Assembly: GCA_964016885.1 (NCBI GenBank)
Contig: OZ024743.1
Coordinates: 65,782,001-65,846,000, forward strand
Direction: 5' to 3'
DNA length: 64,000 bases
DNA from: Eledone cirrhosa
Lineage: Eukaryota
The position numbers were made by a program, and so were the translations under genes. Under the pieces are notes generated by a model, which searched no databases, was not told the DNA's origin, and saw only the letters and a program-made list of their open reading frames with translations. Shown here piece by piece: positions 17,000-32,017 of this stretch. How positions within the stretch are numbered: the stretch's first letter is position 1; each line of letters starts with the position of its first letter.

Positions 17000-17394
17000 T
17001 TTGTTGGGCCCCACGGACAAAATAGCAAAGGTATTTCTGTGGATAATGGCCAGCGATACACGCTACAACAGCCACACACACTTCACGGGGTTCCTTCCTC
17101 AGACGGTCTGCTATCGATTCGATTTTACGGATGAGGAGGTCAGCCGTCCGAGGGTATGAGGACGGCTGAGGTATCGACGGTGATCGATGTAAGAGGAAGC
17201 AGCCGGAGAAGCTCTGGTATTTGCTTGTCTTCCTGTCCTCTGCATTGCGAGCAGCGGTACCGGGGTTTGTGACTGAAGTGACTAAGCTGGAGGCGGAGCA
17301 CATGTCACAGCATGTCGCGTCCCAGATGAGGGATTTACCACCTTCAAAAGGGAAGAGGGTAATACCAACGAGGCGAATACTGTCACCACGATCG
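17000..17394 (-). pseudogene. 3' fragment of a CRE-like non-LTR retrotransposon (restriction-like endonuclease domain)
   Basis: Minus strand reads DRGDSIRLVGITLFPFEGGKSLIWDATCCD...AARNAEDRKTSKY, resembling the RPDG-x-TL-x-PW-xx-GK-x-L-x-WD-x-T motif of CRE-clade endonucleases; degenerate. Confidence 0.75.
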
Positions 17395-17566
17395 AAGCTT
17401 ACTATTAATTATTGTTAAATTATATACAAAAGAAAGATGGTGGGTTGGCAGAACCTTTAAAAGAGTTTGGTAAATGCATAAGAGTATTTCTTATCGTTTT
17501 TAACGTTTTTAGTTAAAAAAACGGTGAGTTCAACTTTGCATTTTATCCTTTGAAGGTCGATAAAAT

Positions 17567-17650
<84 letters not shown>

Positions 17651-18564
17651 GTATATATAGAGATGTGTGCACACGCACGCGTGGATAAATGTATTTACAA
17701 TTTAGTATAGAAATATATATTTAGGTCACTTATAACGATTAAACAATAACACAATGGTCTCTTGTGATAGCTATCAATGGTTTCCTTCACACTCTATATA
17801 CCAATAGACTACCTGGATAATTTTGAAGCTCTGTTTCTGTTTTTGTTGCTGCTGTTGCTGTTATTGTTGTTCTCCTCGTTTTTAGCTTATTCTCTCTCTT
17901 CTCTGTTTTCAAATTTTTCTTCTTCCTTTTCTAGATACTATTTTCATTGCCATTATTGTTATTATTGTTGCTGTCGTTGTTGTTGTTGTTGTTGTTGTTG
18001 CTGCTGCTGTTGTTGTTGTTGTTCTCGTTTTAGCTTCTTCTTTCTCTTCTTCTCTGCTCTCATATTTGTCGTCTTCCTTTTCTAGACATTCTTATTTTTA
18101 TTGCTGTTATTGTTGTCTTTACTATTATTGTTGTCATATAATTCTTTGCTTTCTTCAGCTCCTCTCCCTTCTCTTCTCTTCTCTCTCCTCGCTCCTCGCT
18201 GCAGACGTTGTACGATCTACGAGAAATATCAACATTAATTCCATTAAATTACAGTCTGCCTCTATTAAAATAAACTGGTGTGACACTATTATGTAGCTCT
18301 CTTTCACGAAGCAGGTTGTCCGACGCTCTACCGATACTGCCAGTCTACCGCCATTTTTTATGAATAATGGGGGTGCTGTGGGGATCGTTCATCATAGGTT
18401 TGCTTGTTCAGTAATGACCTGGGGCTAAAAAACCAAACGCTTTCAAGTTGTTTATTGTGATGACTAAGTTTCCCATGTTTCAGAAAAATACAGTAACATA
18501 CGTAGTGTACATCTGTTCTTATATCTCACTACAGACGAAAGTGTACTTTCGTCTGTAGTGAGAT

Positions 18565-19515
18565 CCCGTGTTGGAGTCAGAGACACACCCCAAGCTTTCC
18601 AAAAGCAATACTTACTTTCTGAATTCTGAGATTCACTTCATCCTCCATGTTGTCAGATTCGTTGACAGTGCTTGTAACGCAAACAAACCCTTTTACCACC
18701 CAAGGCGCTTCCCATACACAACGATAGGCTCTTTGTATTGGTTTCTAGGTACAGATTGTATCATCACCACAGTTTTCTTGAGACTTATTGTGAGCTCCAA
18801 GGCAGTGCAAGCCTTCTAGAAAGCATCCATTAGGTGTTGCATATCCTTTCCTTTGTAAACCTCAAGGTCACAGTAATCGGAATAATGCAAATTCCTCACC
18901 AGTGTCAAAATACCTTTGTATTTACCTTAAAACATCTGATGTTGAAGGTATTTCCTGTTGCTCGCTAGCAGACATAAACACCATGCCTACATTCCCCAAA
19001 AGCCAGTTGAAATACTATTGCAAAGTACAGAGCAAACGTTTCAGGAGAAACAATATCTCCCAGCTTCACTCTATTCCTAACATAAATTGGTTCAGACAGC
19101 TTTCCACCCTCATTTACGTGAGCAAGTATGCCGTCATGAAATCTTTTCAAAATACTCAATATTTTTTCAGGGCACCTATACTTCTCCAAAGTTCTCCAGA
19201 AAGCCCCTCTGTTCGCTGTGTCAAAAGCCTTGGTAGATCAACAAAGACTTGGTACAAATTCATACCTTGTTCTAAGCAGTTTTCTTGCACTTGTTTGACA
19301 GAAAAGACCATGTCAGCGGTATCACGTCCCTCGTGAAAACCAGTTTGGGACTCTGGAAGAGCATCTCTGGCAATGTGCGTTATCCAACAAAATCTTCTCT
19401 GCCACAGAAGGCAAAGATATTCCCTGAGAGTTGCCACAATCATGTTTACTACTGTAACTCTTATCCAAGCCAGCCATCAGAGCAACACGCTAAAGGGTAA
19501 TAGAGGTATGCTTTA
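18565..19515 (-). pseudogene. Decayed RTE-clade LINE reverse transcriptase fragment
   Basis: ORF pieces PESQTGFHEGRDTADMVFSVKQVQENCLEQ..VFVDL and CPEKILSILKRFHDG..RVKLGDIVSPETFALYF; frameshifts and stops. Confidence 0.9.
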
Positions 19516-19676
19516 CAAGGTTGTCAGGTCTGCTGCTTATAGACACATACATCGTTTGTATACATACATACATACCTACATACATGCACACATACACACA
19601 CACATACATACACACATATATACATATATACATACATACATACATACATACATACATGCACACATACACACATACA

Positions 19677-19967
19677 TGATGGCTGCCCCCTCGCTATCGA
19701 GTATGGCCATTGCACAATATACCATTATTAATAATTATTAATTAATTCTATCGTGCAATGTCTGTGCGTGAAGATATTTTTTTAAAGTGAGGAAAGACTG
19801 TGCACTGAGCCATCCCACTCTCTGAGCGACAGTAGCTATAAACCGAAAAGAAGAAAAGATCAACACTATCGGTAACTACTGAGCCGCAGGTTTTATATCG
19901 GAGTTATCCCAGTTTCTTGAGTTCCCTTCTTCTAGACGAATGCATACACACATACATACACACATAC

Positions 19968-19998
<31 letters not shown>

Positions 19999-20000
19999 CA

Positions 20001-20032
<32 letters not shown>

Positions 20033-20522
20033 CATATATACATACATGATGGATGCAAACTCTGCTAAGAGTATTGAAATCGCTTGTCAGATGACAGAAA
20101 ATGGTACACCTTTAGGCTACGACCAGCCACATGAACCTGTAACAGATCTTGAACAAGCAATGCCTGTGCTTTGCAGGCTTTTTAAGTGGGGAAAGGCCTT
20201 GCACTCGACCATCCCACTCTCTGAGCATCGAAAACACTACCCGAAAAGGAGAACTGGTCAACATCATCAGATGCTTCCGAAGCCACAGGTTCATTTTCAG
20301 AGTTTGCCTCTCTAAGAAAGAAGTGACAATAACTGGGGACCTTTCACTCCCAGGTAAAAAAAAAAGGTGCTATTTGGATGGTCGTTGACTCTGCTGAGTT
20401 CCTTCGCTTTGCCGAGTCTTATATTTCATCCCCCAGAGTGTCCAAATATCACCCTCTTCACCAAACAAGTGGGTTTGCCGGTTTATTCGCCGACGACCCG
20501 ACCACGAGACAGGTTGTACTGT
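19677..20522 (-). mobile_element. Non-coding dispersed repeat with (ATGT)n tail, probably an RTE-dependent SINE; two related copies here, others at 22270-22850 (+) and 35908-36420 (-)
   Basis: 19677-19935 matches 35908-36165. 20370-20520 is related to the reverse complement of 22272-22430. Copies end GGCC(A/G)TACTCGA..CGAG..GGCAGCCA(T/C)C followed by (ATGT)n. Confidence 0.7.
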
Positions 20523-20955
20523 CATACATACATGCATGCATACATATATGCACCCTCAATTGCACTGGTGCATTCGATGCATTGAGGCACAAATGTATTT
20601 ATCCGAAGAAAAAAGGAGGCTAGAAAAAAATCCCGGTTGGTCATTACTGGAACGCCATTTTGCATATGTCTGTTAGACGGGACTAGACAAATTAACAACA
20701 ACAATAATAATAACACACACACATATACTGTATAGATACACAGACACTGCCGTCATGGCTGAATGGAGCAGTGTGAGAACTATGAAGTCTCAATGTCGAC
20801 ATTGACGCTACAACTCTACCGTCGTAACACCTGTGAAAACATAACTAGATTTTCAACAGCGACATCCGTAGAAGGCACCGTACATTTGATTTACACTTAT
20901 ATACATAACTATTGTATACAGTTGGTGGTGGTGGTGGGGAAATAGAACCTATGCT

Positions 20956-22040
<1,085 letters not shown>

Positions 22041-23103
22041 TTGTGAAGACGTGTGGCTGGGTAGTTAGAGAATTGGATTCACAATCTTGAGATTGTGAGT
22101 TCAATTCCTGGACCGGGTTATGCATTATCTCCTTGAGCAAGACACTTTATTTCACGCTGCTTCTTCTACCTGGAGTTGCGACTGATAGTTAGTATTGGCA
22201 ACTGGAAAAAGCAACGGAATGTATGTATGTAAATATGTATGTATGTATATATGTATCATGGTAACATGTATCCCAGTACAACCGGACCCATGGTCGGGTC
22301 GTTGGCGACTAAACTGGCAACCCCACCAAGGTTTCTTGGTGAGGAGAGTGACTTTGGACATCCTGCAGGACTAAAAACAAAACCTGTCAAAGGGCAAAGG
22401 AGCTCTTAAGAGTCAATGGCCATCCAAAATCACCGGGAGAGATGACCCCTTAGCCTTTGTCAAAGCAGAATTCTAGGAGAAGAAAAACTCTGATATAACA
22501 CCTGCAACCCTGTTGGTATCCAATGATGTTGACTTGTTCTTCTTTTTGGTAAATATCATCTTGGTTAAGAAAGTGGGACTGACTTTGCTCACTATAAAAG
22601 CTTCACGGCACAGGCATTGCTTTGTATCTGGAGATCTCTCTGCACTTGTCGTCACATGGTACCATGGGCCAAGCACTATGTGTCAGTAATTGTCACAAGT
22701 GTAGTGTTTGTATCAGAGATTTCAAGTCGCTGGCTGGACTAAAAAGTCACACTCGTTCAGCGCATCGGTAAGGGTCATCCTACATGGATATAAAGTAGTG
22801 GCCGTACTCGAAAACGAGTTGGCAGCCACCATGTATGTATGTATGCATGTGTGTATGTATGTGTATATTTATGTTCTTCTGGTTTTATAATTTCACAAAT
22901 TTTCGCCAACAGAGAGAGTCGATTTCTAACATAGACACAAGACTCTCTCATTTGAATTTACACAACATCAACTAGGTAGATATGTCTTCATGTCTGCATG
23001 CATGTGTAGATATGGATGATATTATATGTGTGGATGTGTATGTTTTGAGTTGTACGCGTGCATGTGTATATGCTTAGTATCTGTACATGTGTATATGCAG
23101 TTA

Positions 23104-25542
23104 TTAGATGCAACACTTTTGGAATGTTTTACATATTTTCACTGTTCCATTAATGGATTGACCTTGTAATTTCCTAACTAGTTGTGTTCTTTCTATTCTT
23201 GTGAAGCCCAGCTTCTCAAGATTTGTATTGAGGCAGTTACTAACATACCCCAGTGCCCCAATAATCACAAGCATAAATCTGAAGTCATAATCAGGGTGGA
23301 GTATCTGTAGATTTCTCATCAGTTCTGCATAAATATTCTCCTTTTCGCTAATCTTTGATATTATATTGGTATCTGCTGGGCAGCTAACTTCCACTACTGT
23401 GCTTGCCTTCTTTTCTATATCCCATATCATAATATCTGATCTGTTATGCCTGCATTTTATTGGGGGTTTTACTGGAACATTCCACCAGTACTCTTTCATA
23501 TTATGTACATGGATGTCTTCCCCATTGCTGTAGCTTTTAATGTGTTTATTACCGGGGCTATCTTTTCTACGGATTGCATTGTACAGTGTTTTGGACACTA
23601 CATCATGCCTCATAGGTAGATAGTACCGCGATGACATCTTTGGACAGCTGCTTATAGCATGGGTGACATCTTCGATGTTAATTCTGCAGAGTCTGCACTT
23701 GTTATCACATCTAGGTGTCTTGCCTGCGTCCCTAACTCTTTTCTGAATCAGGTATTTCGTGTTAATCTCCTGTTCTTGCATTGCAAAAGCGTATCTTTCA
23801 AAGAGGGAGACAATATAGCGGTTGTTGGTCCAAGATAGACTACATTATTTATCTATATTTATCTATATAAAGGGCGGTGGATTGGCAGTATCGGTAGAGG
23901 GTCGGACGCCATGCTTTGCAGCATAGTTACGTCCCTTTACGGACTGAGTTCAAATCCCGCCGAGGTTAACTTTGCCTTTCATCCTTACGGGGTCGATAAA
24001 ATAAAGTACCAGTAATGCACTGGGTAATTGCTGGCCTTGTGCCTAAAAGTAGAAACAATTATTTATCTATATTTCTCTCACTCTGGAGCTTCCTAGCAAA
24101 ATATCCATGCATGATTCTTTGCTGATAAGCATGCAGATTTTCATACATGGATTCACTGCGATACTGCTGAGCGACTTCCCTGGGTGTGAGTTTTTGATTA
24201 TCACACAGGGAATATCTCTCCAGGAGTTCCTTCCCAACTCTCATGATTTTATCTGTTTCATGCAGATAGACTTGCTCGAGAGACAGGCTCCTACGCTTTG
24301 AGGTTCGTAGATGTTGTCGGAGGGATATGATGCGACATTCAAATGCTGTCTGGACTGATGTTAGGCCTCTGCCTCCCTGCTTACGTTTCACGTAAAGGCG
24401 GTCTATGTCACTGTTGATGTGGAAGTTTCCGGTGTTGTTTAGTACTTTTCGAGTTCCAACATCAACTGCTCGGATTTCGTCTATCGTCCAATTGAGTATT
24501 CCAAACGTTGGTGTTAGGACAGGCACAGCAAACACATTGCGAGCCACTGTTTTGTTTTGCGTAGAGAGTTCCGATGACCAAATCTTTCTTAATCGGGTGT
24601 AGTATTCTCTGGTTAAGCGTTCCTTATTACAGATACCATTATAGGATATGTTCTCATCTATCCCCAGGTATCTGTAGCAGTCCCAAGCAGATATTGGTGA
24701 AACAGTTAGGCCATTGATACAAATGTTGCTAGATTGGGTTGTTTTCCCCTGCTTTACAGTCATATATGAGCATTTATCTTGGCCAAACTCCATTCCTATA
24801 TCCTTTGAGAATGTTGTAACCAGGTCAAGATTTTTCTTCATCCCATCCATGTTCTTGGCATCGAGTTTCAGATCATCCACAAAGAAATTATGGGTTAGGT
24901 TCGTATTTCTCTCCTCCTGTGAGCCATTAATGTATTCTTCACATTTCTTGAGCAGAAAAGAACAAGGGGTTTAATGACAGAATGAATAATATCACAGAGA
25001 GACTGTCTCCCTGAAAATATACCCCTGCAATATTTTATTTTATCAGTGAAAATAGAGTCCTCCTTCTCTGTCTTTAACTTTAGGATAGTAGCCCAAGAAG
25101 ACAGCTTCCCTATGGCTCTGATAATAATGTCTGGGACTGCAGGAGGTCGGAGGGCCTCTATCATCCAAGTGTGGGGAACAAAATCGAAAGCTTTCCTGTA
25201 GTACAGCCAGACTGTAGCCATATTCCTCCTAAGTTTTCGCACCTCCGATATCGCAGTTTTGTTGATTAGGAGTTGTTCAGCACATCCCCAAACCCCTTTC
25301 TTTCCAGCTGCTTGCTCATCTGTGATGATGTTATTATTTTCACAGTGATCTTGGAGGAATAGGTTCGGGCAGGCTGTATACATCTTATACATCAGTTTCT
25401 GACATGCAATGGGTTGGCAGTTTTTTGCCAGGTGGGTGTCTTTGTTCTTGGGGACCAGTAATGTTTGTGCTAATGTCAACCATTCTGGTATAAGTGTATC
25501 TCCCTTAAGCACTTGTTGGTAGAGCTCGATAAGATGACACAA
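23104..25542 (-). pseudogene. 5'-truncated R4/Dong-like non-LTR retrotransposon: RT, CCHC zinc knuckle and restriction-like endonuclease
   Basis: Motifs QLLINK, YRKAFDFVPHTW, MDDLKL, RLYVKRKQGGRGL, CRLC..EDVTHAISSC..RHD, HNRSDI..VVEVSCP; frameshifted and interrupted by a SINE. Confidence 0.92.
23871..24057 (+). mobile_element. SINE family 1 inserted in the R4-like LINE, with 17-bp target-site duplication
   Basis: ATTATTTATCTATATTT at 23844-23860 and 24058-24074 flanks the SINE. Confidence 0.92.
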
Positions 25543-25726
25543 TGAAAAATACGATCAGAGGCGTGCTGCCACCTTAATACTACAACAACGAAAATACAAA
25601 TAAGTTAAAGACGAAACTGGAGCTGATCGATAATCTAAACTATAATAAAGTAAGGAGTGCGGGACTGCGTCCAGAATATATATTTTTATCCAGTTTGTAA
25701 AATAAGTTGGATTACTTTGAATAAAT

Positions 25727-25915
25727 AATTGTTTCTACTTTAGGCATAAGGCCAGCAATTACCCAGTGCATTACTGGTACTTTATTTTATCGACCCCGTA
25801 AGGATGAAAGGAAAAGTCAACCTCGGCGGGATTTGAACTCAGATCGTAAAGGGACGTAACTATGCTGGAAAGCATGACGTCCGACCCTCTACCGATACTG
25901 CCAATTCACCGCCAT
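25727..25915 (-). mobile_element. SINE family 1
   Basis: Reverse complement of the SINE consensus; flanked by the direct repeat TTACTTTGAATAAATAAT. Confidence 0.92.
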
Positions 25916-26686
25916 TTACTTTGAATAAATAATGAATGAATATTACATAATTTATCTACTAAATTTTGTTATTCTTGATTAAATATAAATAATTTTGTGG
26001 CTTATTTTAAGATTCACTTCTTTAAAATTTTCAAATGTCAACACTTCCGGTTAGCGATCGCGTAAAGAAAAATTCATATATTTCCGTCACTAATTTTCTC
26101 TTAATGCAGTTTATATATAATATCGTCTTTTTTAATGTATCATGAATTACGCTACTGATTCCAAGACACAGTGTAACACAGTCTTCGATCAGTTTCTGTG
26201 TATATTGTCAATTACGATTTTATTTGATGTATCATATCTACGTGCATATATACTTGCGTATAATATCAATATGCACACTACACACGCTAGCAGAAAAACC
26301 ACCCTTCGGGTGGGGTTTCTGCTTGATAGTAATGATATTTTAGCAGTATTGATTATAGAGTAGTCGTTACTTTAACAGGATTGATGATTGAAGGTCGTTT
26401 GTTGCCAGTGTGGTAAGTGATAGTATCCTCATTGGATTATCTTGTCGACATAGACGTGAGGGAAGGTCCCTTGCTCTATTTACCATCTTAGTATTTTCAA
26501 TATTCCTTTCGTCAGGTCACCAATTCCAGCGGCATGGATTATAGATGTTATTGAGACGCGAGTAACATAATAATGATTTCAACAGCAGAAATTAGAGATG
26601 AAATGTATGTTTATTTTTGATGTAGCACAAACAATGTTTGTTAACTTATATGGTTGAAGTTACAGATAAAAAGAGGTTACAAAAGG

Positions 26687-26920
26687 GATGTGCCATTGCG
26701 CCGTTAAGCCGGCGAGGCTAGGGTGCAATATCTCACCGTTACATTATGCGTGTTGCTGGCTTGAAGTTTCCGGTACAAGAGAGAGATTCTTCAAATCTTC
26801 GCGGGGAATTTCTTCCTGAGGGCGCGTAGGGATACATCCTCTTCTACTGGCGCTGATTGGCTGAACTGAGCCAAATCACGCATAGAGAATGTATGTGAGC
26901 CCGCGGAATGTAGGTCACTA
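26687..26920. promoter_or_regulatory. CpG-rich patch with CCAAT box, E2F-like and ETS-like motifs (possible promoter or small RNA locus)
   Basis: CTGATTGGCTG at about 26853-26863, TTCGCGGG, TTTCCGG; locally high CpG against an AT-rich background. Confidence 0.3.
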
Positions 26921-26947
26921 CAATATAATTAGTTTTTCAGCTTGGTG

Positions 26948-27022
<75 letters not shown>

Positions 27023-27345
27023 ATAATATTAATAAATGGAAAATATCTTTATAAAATCATATTTATTTTATTATACATATTTCAAGAGTACCAGTATTTT
27101 TGGTACGCTTTTGGTAACAATATTTGGTTTACAGATAATGACATATCGACGTATGAACTTATTGTTATGAGTTCAATGTAGTCATATATATATATATATA
27201 TATACACACCCATACAACCCCCCCCCCCACACACACAGGAACTTAAATAAGCCAACTTTTCTGTGATATAACTACATATTTATCAATAAGACAAAAGTGA
27301 AACTATATTCCAGCTCTTTGGCACTGCAATTTCATTTGAGATTTG

Positions 27346-27407
<62 letters not shown>

Positions 27408-27775
27408 CAGTAATAATAAAATAATAATAATAAATATCTTCGATTGGTTTCTGGGAACCCATAAGTTACACTCCAAGTTACGTAACATGCATGTCAGTAA
27501 TGTATCCGAAGATGAAACGAGGCTATCCCTTTCTCAACAGACATTTCGTTCCGGTATCTACTAAGCACGGCTTATGAACCCGACTGCCAACTGCTCTAGC
27601 AGTACCTTTGGCAGTGGGGTCAGGTGTTCTTTCTCAAGAAAAAAGGAAGCACACATCCGGGTACATTCAAAAGTTTGAACAATGGAATGTTACGCAACTT
27701 GGAGTGTAGCTTACGTATTCCCAGAAAACTATCACTATTACCTAACTTATGTTATTACAGTGTCTTAAGTAATAC

Positions 27776-28172
27776 TTGTTTTTACTTTTGACACAAGGCC
27801 AGCTAATATCCTAGTGTATAGCTGGTACTTTTATTTTATCGACCCCGTAAGGATGAAAGGCAAAGTTAACCTCGGCGGGGTTTGAACTCAGACCATAAAT
27901 GGCCGTACCTCTACGCTGCAAAGCATGGCGTACGACCCTCTACCGATACTGCCACTCCACCGCCCTAGTGTCTTAAGTAATAATTGTTTCTACCTTTAGC
28001 ACAAGGCCAAGAATTATCCAGTTCATTACTGGTACTTTATTTCATCGACCCCGTAAGGATGAAAGGCAAAGTTAACCTCGGCGGGATTTGAACTCAGAAT
28101 GGCAAGGGCCGTAACTCTATGCGTCAAAGCATGGCGTCCGACCCTTTACCGATACTGCTAATCCACCGCCCT
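27776..28172 (-). mobile_element. Two tandem SINE family 1 copies at one target site
   Basis: AGTGTCTTAAGTAA occurs at 27759, 27967 and 28173, bounding both copies. Confidence 0.92.
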
Positions 28173-28407
28173 AGTGTCTTAAGTAACAATAAGATCGTAA
28201 ACCGACTATTCTACACACACACACACACACACACATACATGTGTGTATGTGGTCTTGATAAACGCCCACAAGCGAGAAACAGACTGTCGTCCGCCCTTTG
28301 TTGTTTTTGCCGAGAATAAGTGACATAGTCACTAATTTAAAACTCACAGCGAATGGTCTTCTAAATGTTTTTAATTAAACATACGGTATATTGCGAAATA
28401 TACTATA

Positions 28408-28446
<39 letters not shown>

Positions 28447-28449
28447 CAT

Positions 28450-28521
<72 letters not shown>

Positions 28522-28687
28522 CCAAATATACTATAATATACATATATATATATGCAGAGGTCTATGTAATTTGTTGGGATTCAACAAGCTTAAACATTTT
28601 TATAACTGATATAAAGCACTCAATAGTTTAGTGGAGTAAATACACAATATATTAATAAATGGAAACTATATTTATAAAACCATATTT

Positions 28688-28750
28688 ATTTTATTATACA
28701 TATTTCAAGGCAACCAAGGCAAATTATGGTGCGCTTTCATCAGATAAAAT
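28688..28750 (-). ncRNA. Type I minimal hammerhead ribozyme
   Basis: AUUUUAU-CUGAUGA-stem II-GAAA-U(AUGU)A-UA-AUAAAAU; 7-bp stem I and self-complementary mini stem III. Confidence 0.8.
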
Positions 28751-30123
28751 ACAGATTTGTTTTATAAATAAATATTGACATACCCGGAAAAAAGACAACC
28801 TTAACGGTTGGAGCTTCCTGGATAGTGGAGATAGTACATTTATTGAGGGTAATACAAAGTTATGAGTGAGTATGCAAATGAGTGTCCGAAAGGTTGAAAA
28901 GATAACGGTTTATTTAAATTAAACTGTTGGAAGAAGATGATATGTAAGGGACAGAGAAAAAAAGAAAAAAAAGAAAAAAAGAAAGGAGAAAGATAGAAGC
29001 GGAAAGAAAGAACGATTATACATATTGATAGTGAAGATAGAGTGAATGAAGAAATAAGTTTCAAAGGAGAAATATAGACAGCCTAAGTATATTTAATTGA
29101 AAGAAGAAATAAGATTAACGTGGAAGAATAATGCAGGGTTCATTACGTTTTGATTACAATACTTATAATGATAGGTTGAAAAATTAGATTAAAATTAAAA
29201 ATTAGAAATCAAAATTAAGGATTAAAATTTTCCTTAATATTAAAGATTTAATTTAATAATTTAATATTAATAATTATATTATATTAAGATGTATTAGTAA
29301 TAATATATTGGTTTAAATGTGTATGTTAGGGATTATAAATTATTTAAATAAATATATAGTATTTTACATTAGAGAAAATCTAGTATAGTTTATTTTATTA
29401 AAAGTTGTAAGTCAAAATTTAAACATCCAAACAATTCTAAATTCATGAAAAATTTACGAGACTTTAAAAAGGAATAACCACTTAATTATATTATAAAAAC
29501 AGTAAGGAAGTGTAAAGGAAGTTAGAAGTGATTTTTTAAGATCTTAGATGACTCCAAGGATTAAATGTTATTAAGTTAAAAATGTTATCTTAAGAATATA
29601 ATTAAAACATGAACCATATGTTATTTTATACGAAGTCATAAATTTACTTGCTATAAAGTTAAAAAATTTACTTGCTATAAAGTTAAAAAATTAAAAAAAA
29701 TTTATCGGAAGAAAATATTTAAAGCATAAACCATAGGTTATTCCACATATATATAAAAAAACCTATATATAAAAATCATATGTTTTTCCACATATATATA
29801 AACATTTGGATATATATATTAAAAACGTTTGAAGATATAAAAATATTGGAAGATATGAAAATAATAGTTTTTCTATATCTTTCAAAGGAACTTTCAAAAA
29901 TTTTTTTCCAAAAACCTTCCGTAAGTTTTTCAAGAAAAACTTTTCTTAAAGGAGTTTCAAGCAGTCATATAAAAAATTTATAATCTATCGATAAGTGTAA
30001 TAATATAAAGTATATAGTATATATATATGAGGTAGAGATAATAGAAAGTAAATTAAATATATATGAATCATATATAGATATAGAAAACATTATGTAAAGG
30101 AGATAAATCATATATTACATTTT

Positions 30124-31722
30124 ATATATATATTTAAAAGTTGAGTTTAAACGATGTTTACAGGAACTAAATAAATTATTTCGCAAATTAATAGAGTTCT
30201 TACTTTTTAGTATAAAGAATATCTCTTCAAAGCAAAGTGAGCAATTTTTGGATAAAGCAGTGTATGAAGGAGCCTTGGAGATAATTTTCCACAGTAAAGA
30301 ATAGTTAATATTCTTGGATTTTAAGTCCCATAATAAGTTAGATAGAGAAGTTGAAGATTTTTTTTACCAATATTCGTAAAGGAACATTTATGGTTATTAA
30401 AACAAGATTTGAAGTCTGTGGAAGTAGAGCCGACATAGTTAAAGGAGTTTTCATTTGTTTTGACATTACAATTGTATACTATATTTTTAACTAAACAATT
30501 ATTATTTAGAGGACAGTTACATTTATTTCTACAATTACATTTATCTGAATTTATATTATTGGGAGCCGTAACATTATATTGGATATTGCTAGGGGTATTA
30601 ATGCTATTCTGGTTAGGTTTTAAGTTTCTATTATTAATTCTATTAATATTCTGCGCTAAATTCATAGTGGTGGAATATGAGAGTTTAATAGTATGTCTAT
30701 TAAAGATTGAGTAATACCTGTGTGTCTTAGGAAAGCACTTATCTAGAGCTTTAAAAAATAATTTAGCTATAGGAGTTTTAATACTTAATGAGAAAGGGGG
30801 AGCGAACCATAATATATTTCTAGTTCTATTTTTTCTTTTGATTTTCGAGTTAGTGCAAGGTTTCCTATTATAATTATATTTATAGTTATGGTTAATTGGC
30901 ACATCCTTAGTGTCAATGTATTTAATTTCATTACTATAGCCTGCTCTACCTAACGCTTATAATATTGTGCCTTATCTTCAAATATATTTTTATTCGCTGA
31001 AATTCTAGAAATACGTTGCTGCACAGAATTTACAATAGTGTTTTTAACGGATCTGGGGTGATTGGAATTAAAGTTAACATAGTTTAAATTCTCATTTATT
31101 TTATGAAATGGATAATAAAGACCAGTATTAAGGTTTAAAGTTACATCTATTACTTTAAGATTAACGCTATTAAAAAATTGTATAATTTCTTTTTTTTTCC
31201 TATTTATTTCACAATTGTTATTATTTTCAATAAGTAATAGCATATTGTCACGATATAAACCACCGGTCATCTCCGGTATTTTCCTATGTAAAGTATTGTT
31301 AATAAAACGCCCCACAAGATCCGTTAATTGCGCCGAGTCTGATGACCCCATAGTGATATCGAAATTGTTATTCCTATCGGCTCTAGTCCAAAGGTGGTTG
31401 CTAAATTTAATTAATGTTTTACGTGCAGTTAAGATAATGTGCACTGCTAGTAAAATCTGTATATTAAATGCATATTAAGTAGATTAGGAGTGATAGATGA
31501 GTAATAATTAGCAATATCCAATTGAATGAATTTATTATTATAGTTATATTTAATGTCCTTAAACCAGTCAATAACTTCATTAGTCCCATTCCATAATTTT
31601 AAATAAGATATTTCCTTAAGTTGTGGTATGATTCTATCTAAAATATTCTTGCTAAGTATGCCAAGGTACGATTTAGATGGTGCAATCAATCTAACTGGTA
31701 ATTCAATTTCAAAATTTCTTTT
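30124..31722 (-). pseudogene. PLE RT plus GIY-YIG endonuclease, frameshifted
   Basis: IQLDIANYYSSI, DITMGSSDSAQLTDLVG, GLYRDN (YRDD decayed), WFAPPFS, CNCRNKCNCPLNNNCLVKNIVY..NYVGST, CSLC..SCKHR. Confidence 0.93.
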
Positions 31723-31785
31723 GAATTTCCGTTAAAGTTATCTTTTTTCCGGGTATGTCAATATTTATTTATAAAACAAATCTGT

Positions 31786-31849
31786 ATTTTATTTGATGAA
31801 AGCGCACCATAATTTGCCTTGATTGTCATTGAAATATGTATAATAAAAT
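31786..31849 (+). ncRNA. Hammerhead copy in the inverted pseudo-LTR, core mutated (UUGAUGA)
   Basis: Same motif as 28688-28750, with C3U and no compensating change at G8. Confidence 0.6.
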
Positions 31850-31888
31850 AACTATGGTTTTATATATATAGTTTCCATTTATTAATAT

Positions 31889-31957
<69 letters not shown>

Positions 31958-31973
31958 CCAAATATAATATAAT

Positions 31974-32012
<39 letters not shown>

Positions 32013-32017
<5 letters not shown>

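Larger units (their letters stand above)
28560..31892 (-). mobile_element. Naiad-like Penelope-like element, 5'-truncated, with inverted terminal pseudo-LTR, flanked by (TA)n
   Basis: About 163-bp inverted repeats 28645-28807 and 31729-31892, each with an HHR motif; internal RT and GIY-YIG remnants. Confidence 0.9.

Noticed and set aside
26379-26412. 34-nt micro-exon (AG..GTAAGT)
   Set aside because: Splice-like words alone, with no supporting neighbouring exons or recognisable peptide.
26687-26840. 7SK, RNase MRP or HDV-like ribozyme
   Set aside because: Only short word similarities; required GAUC motifs, P4 elements or nested pseudoknot pairings were not found.
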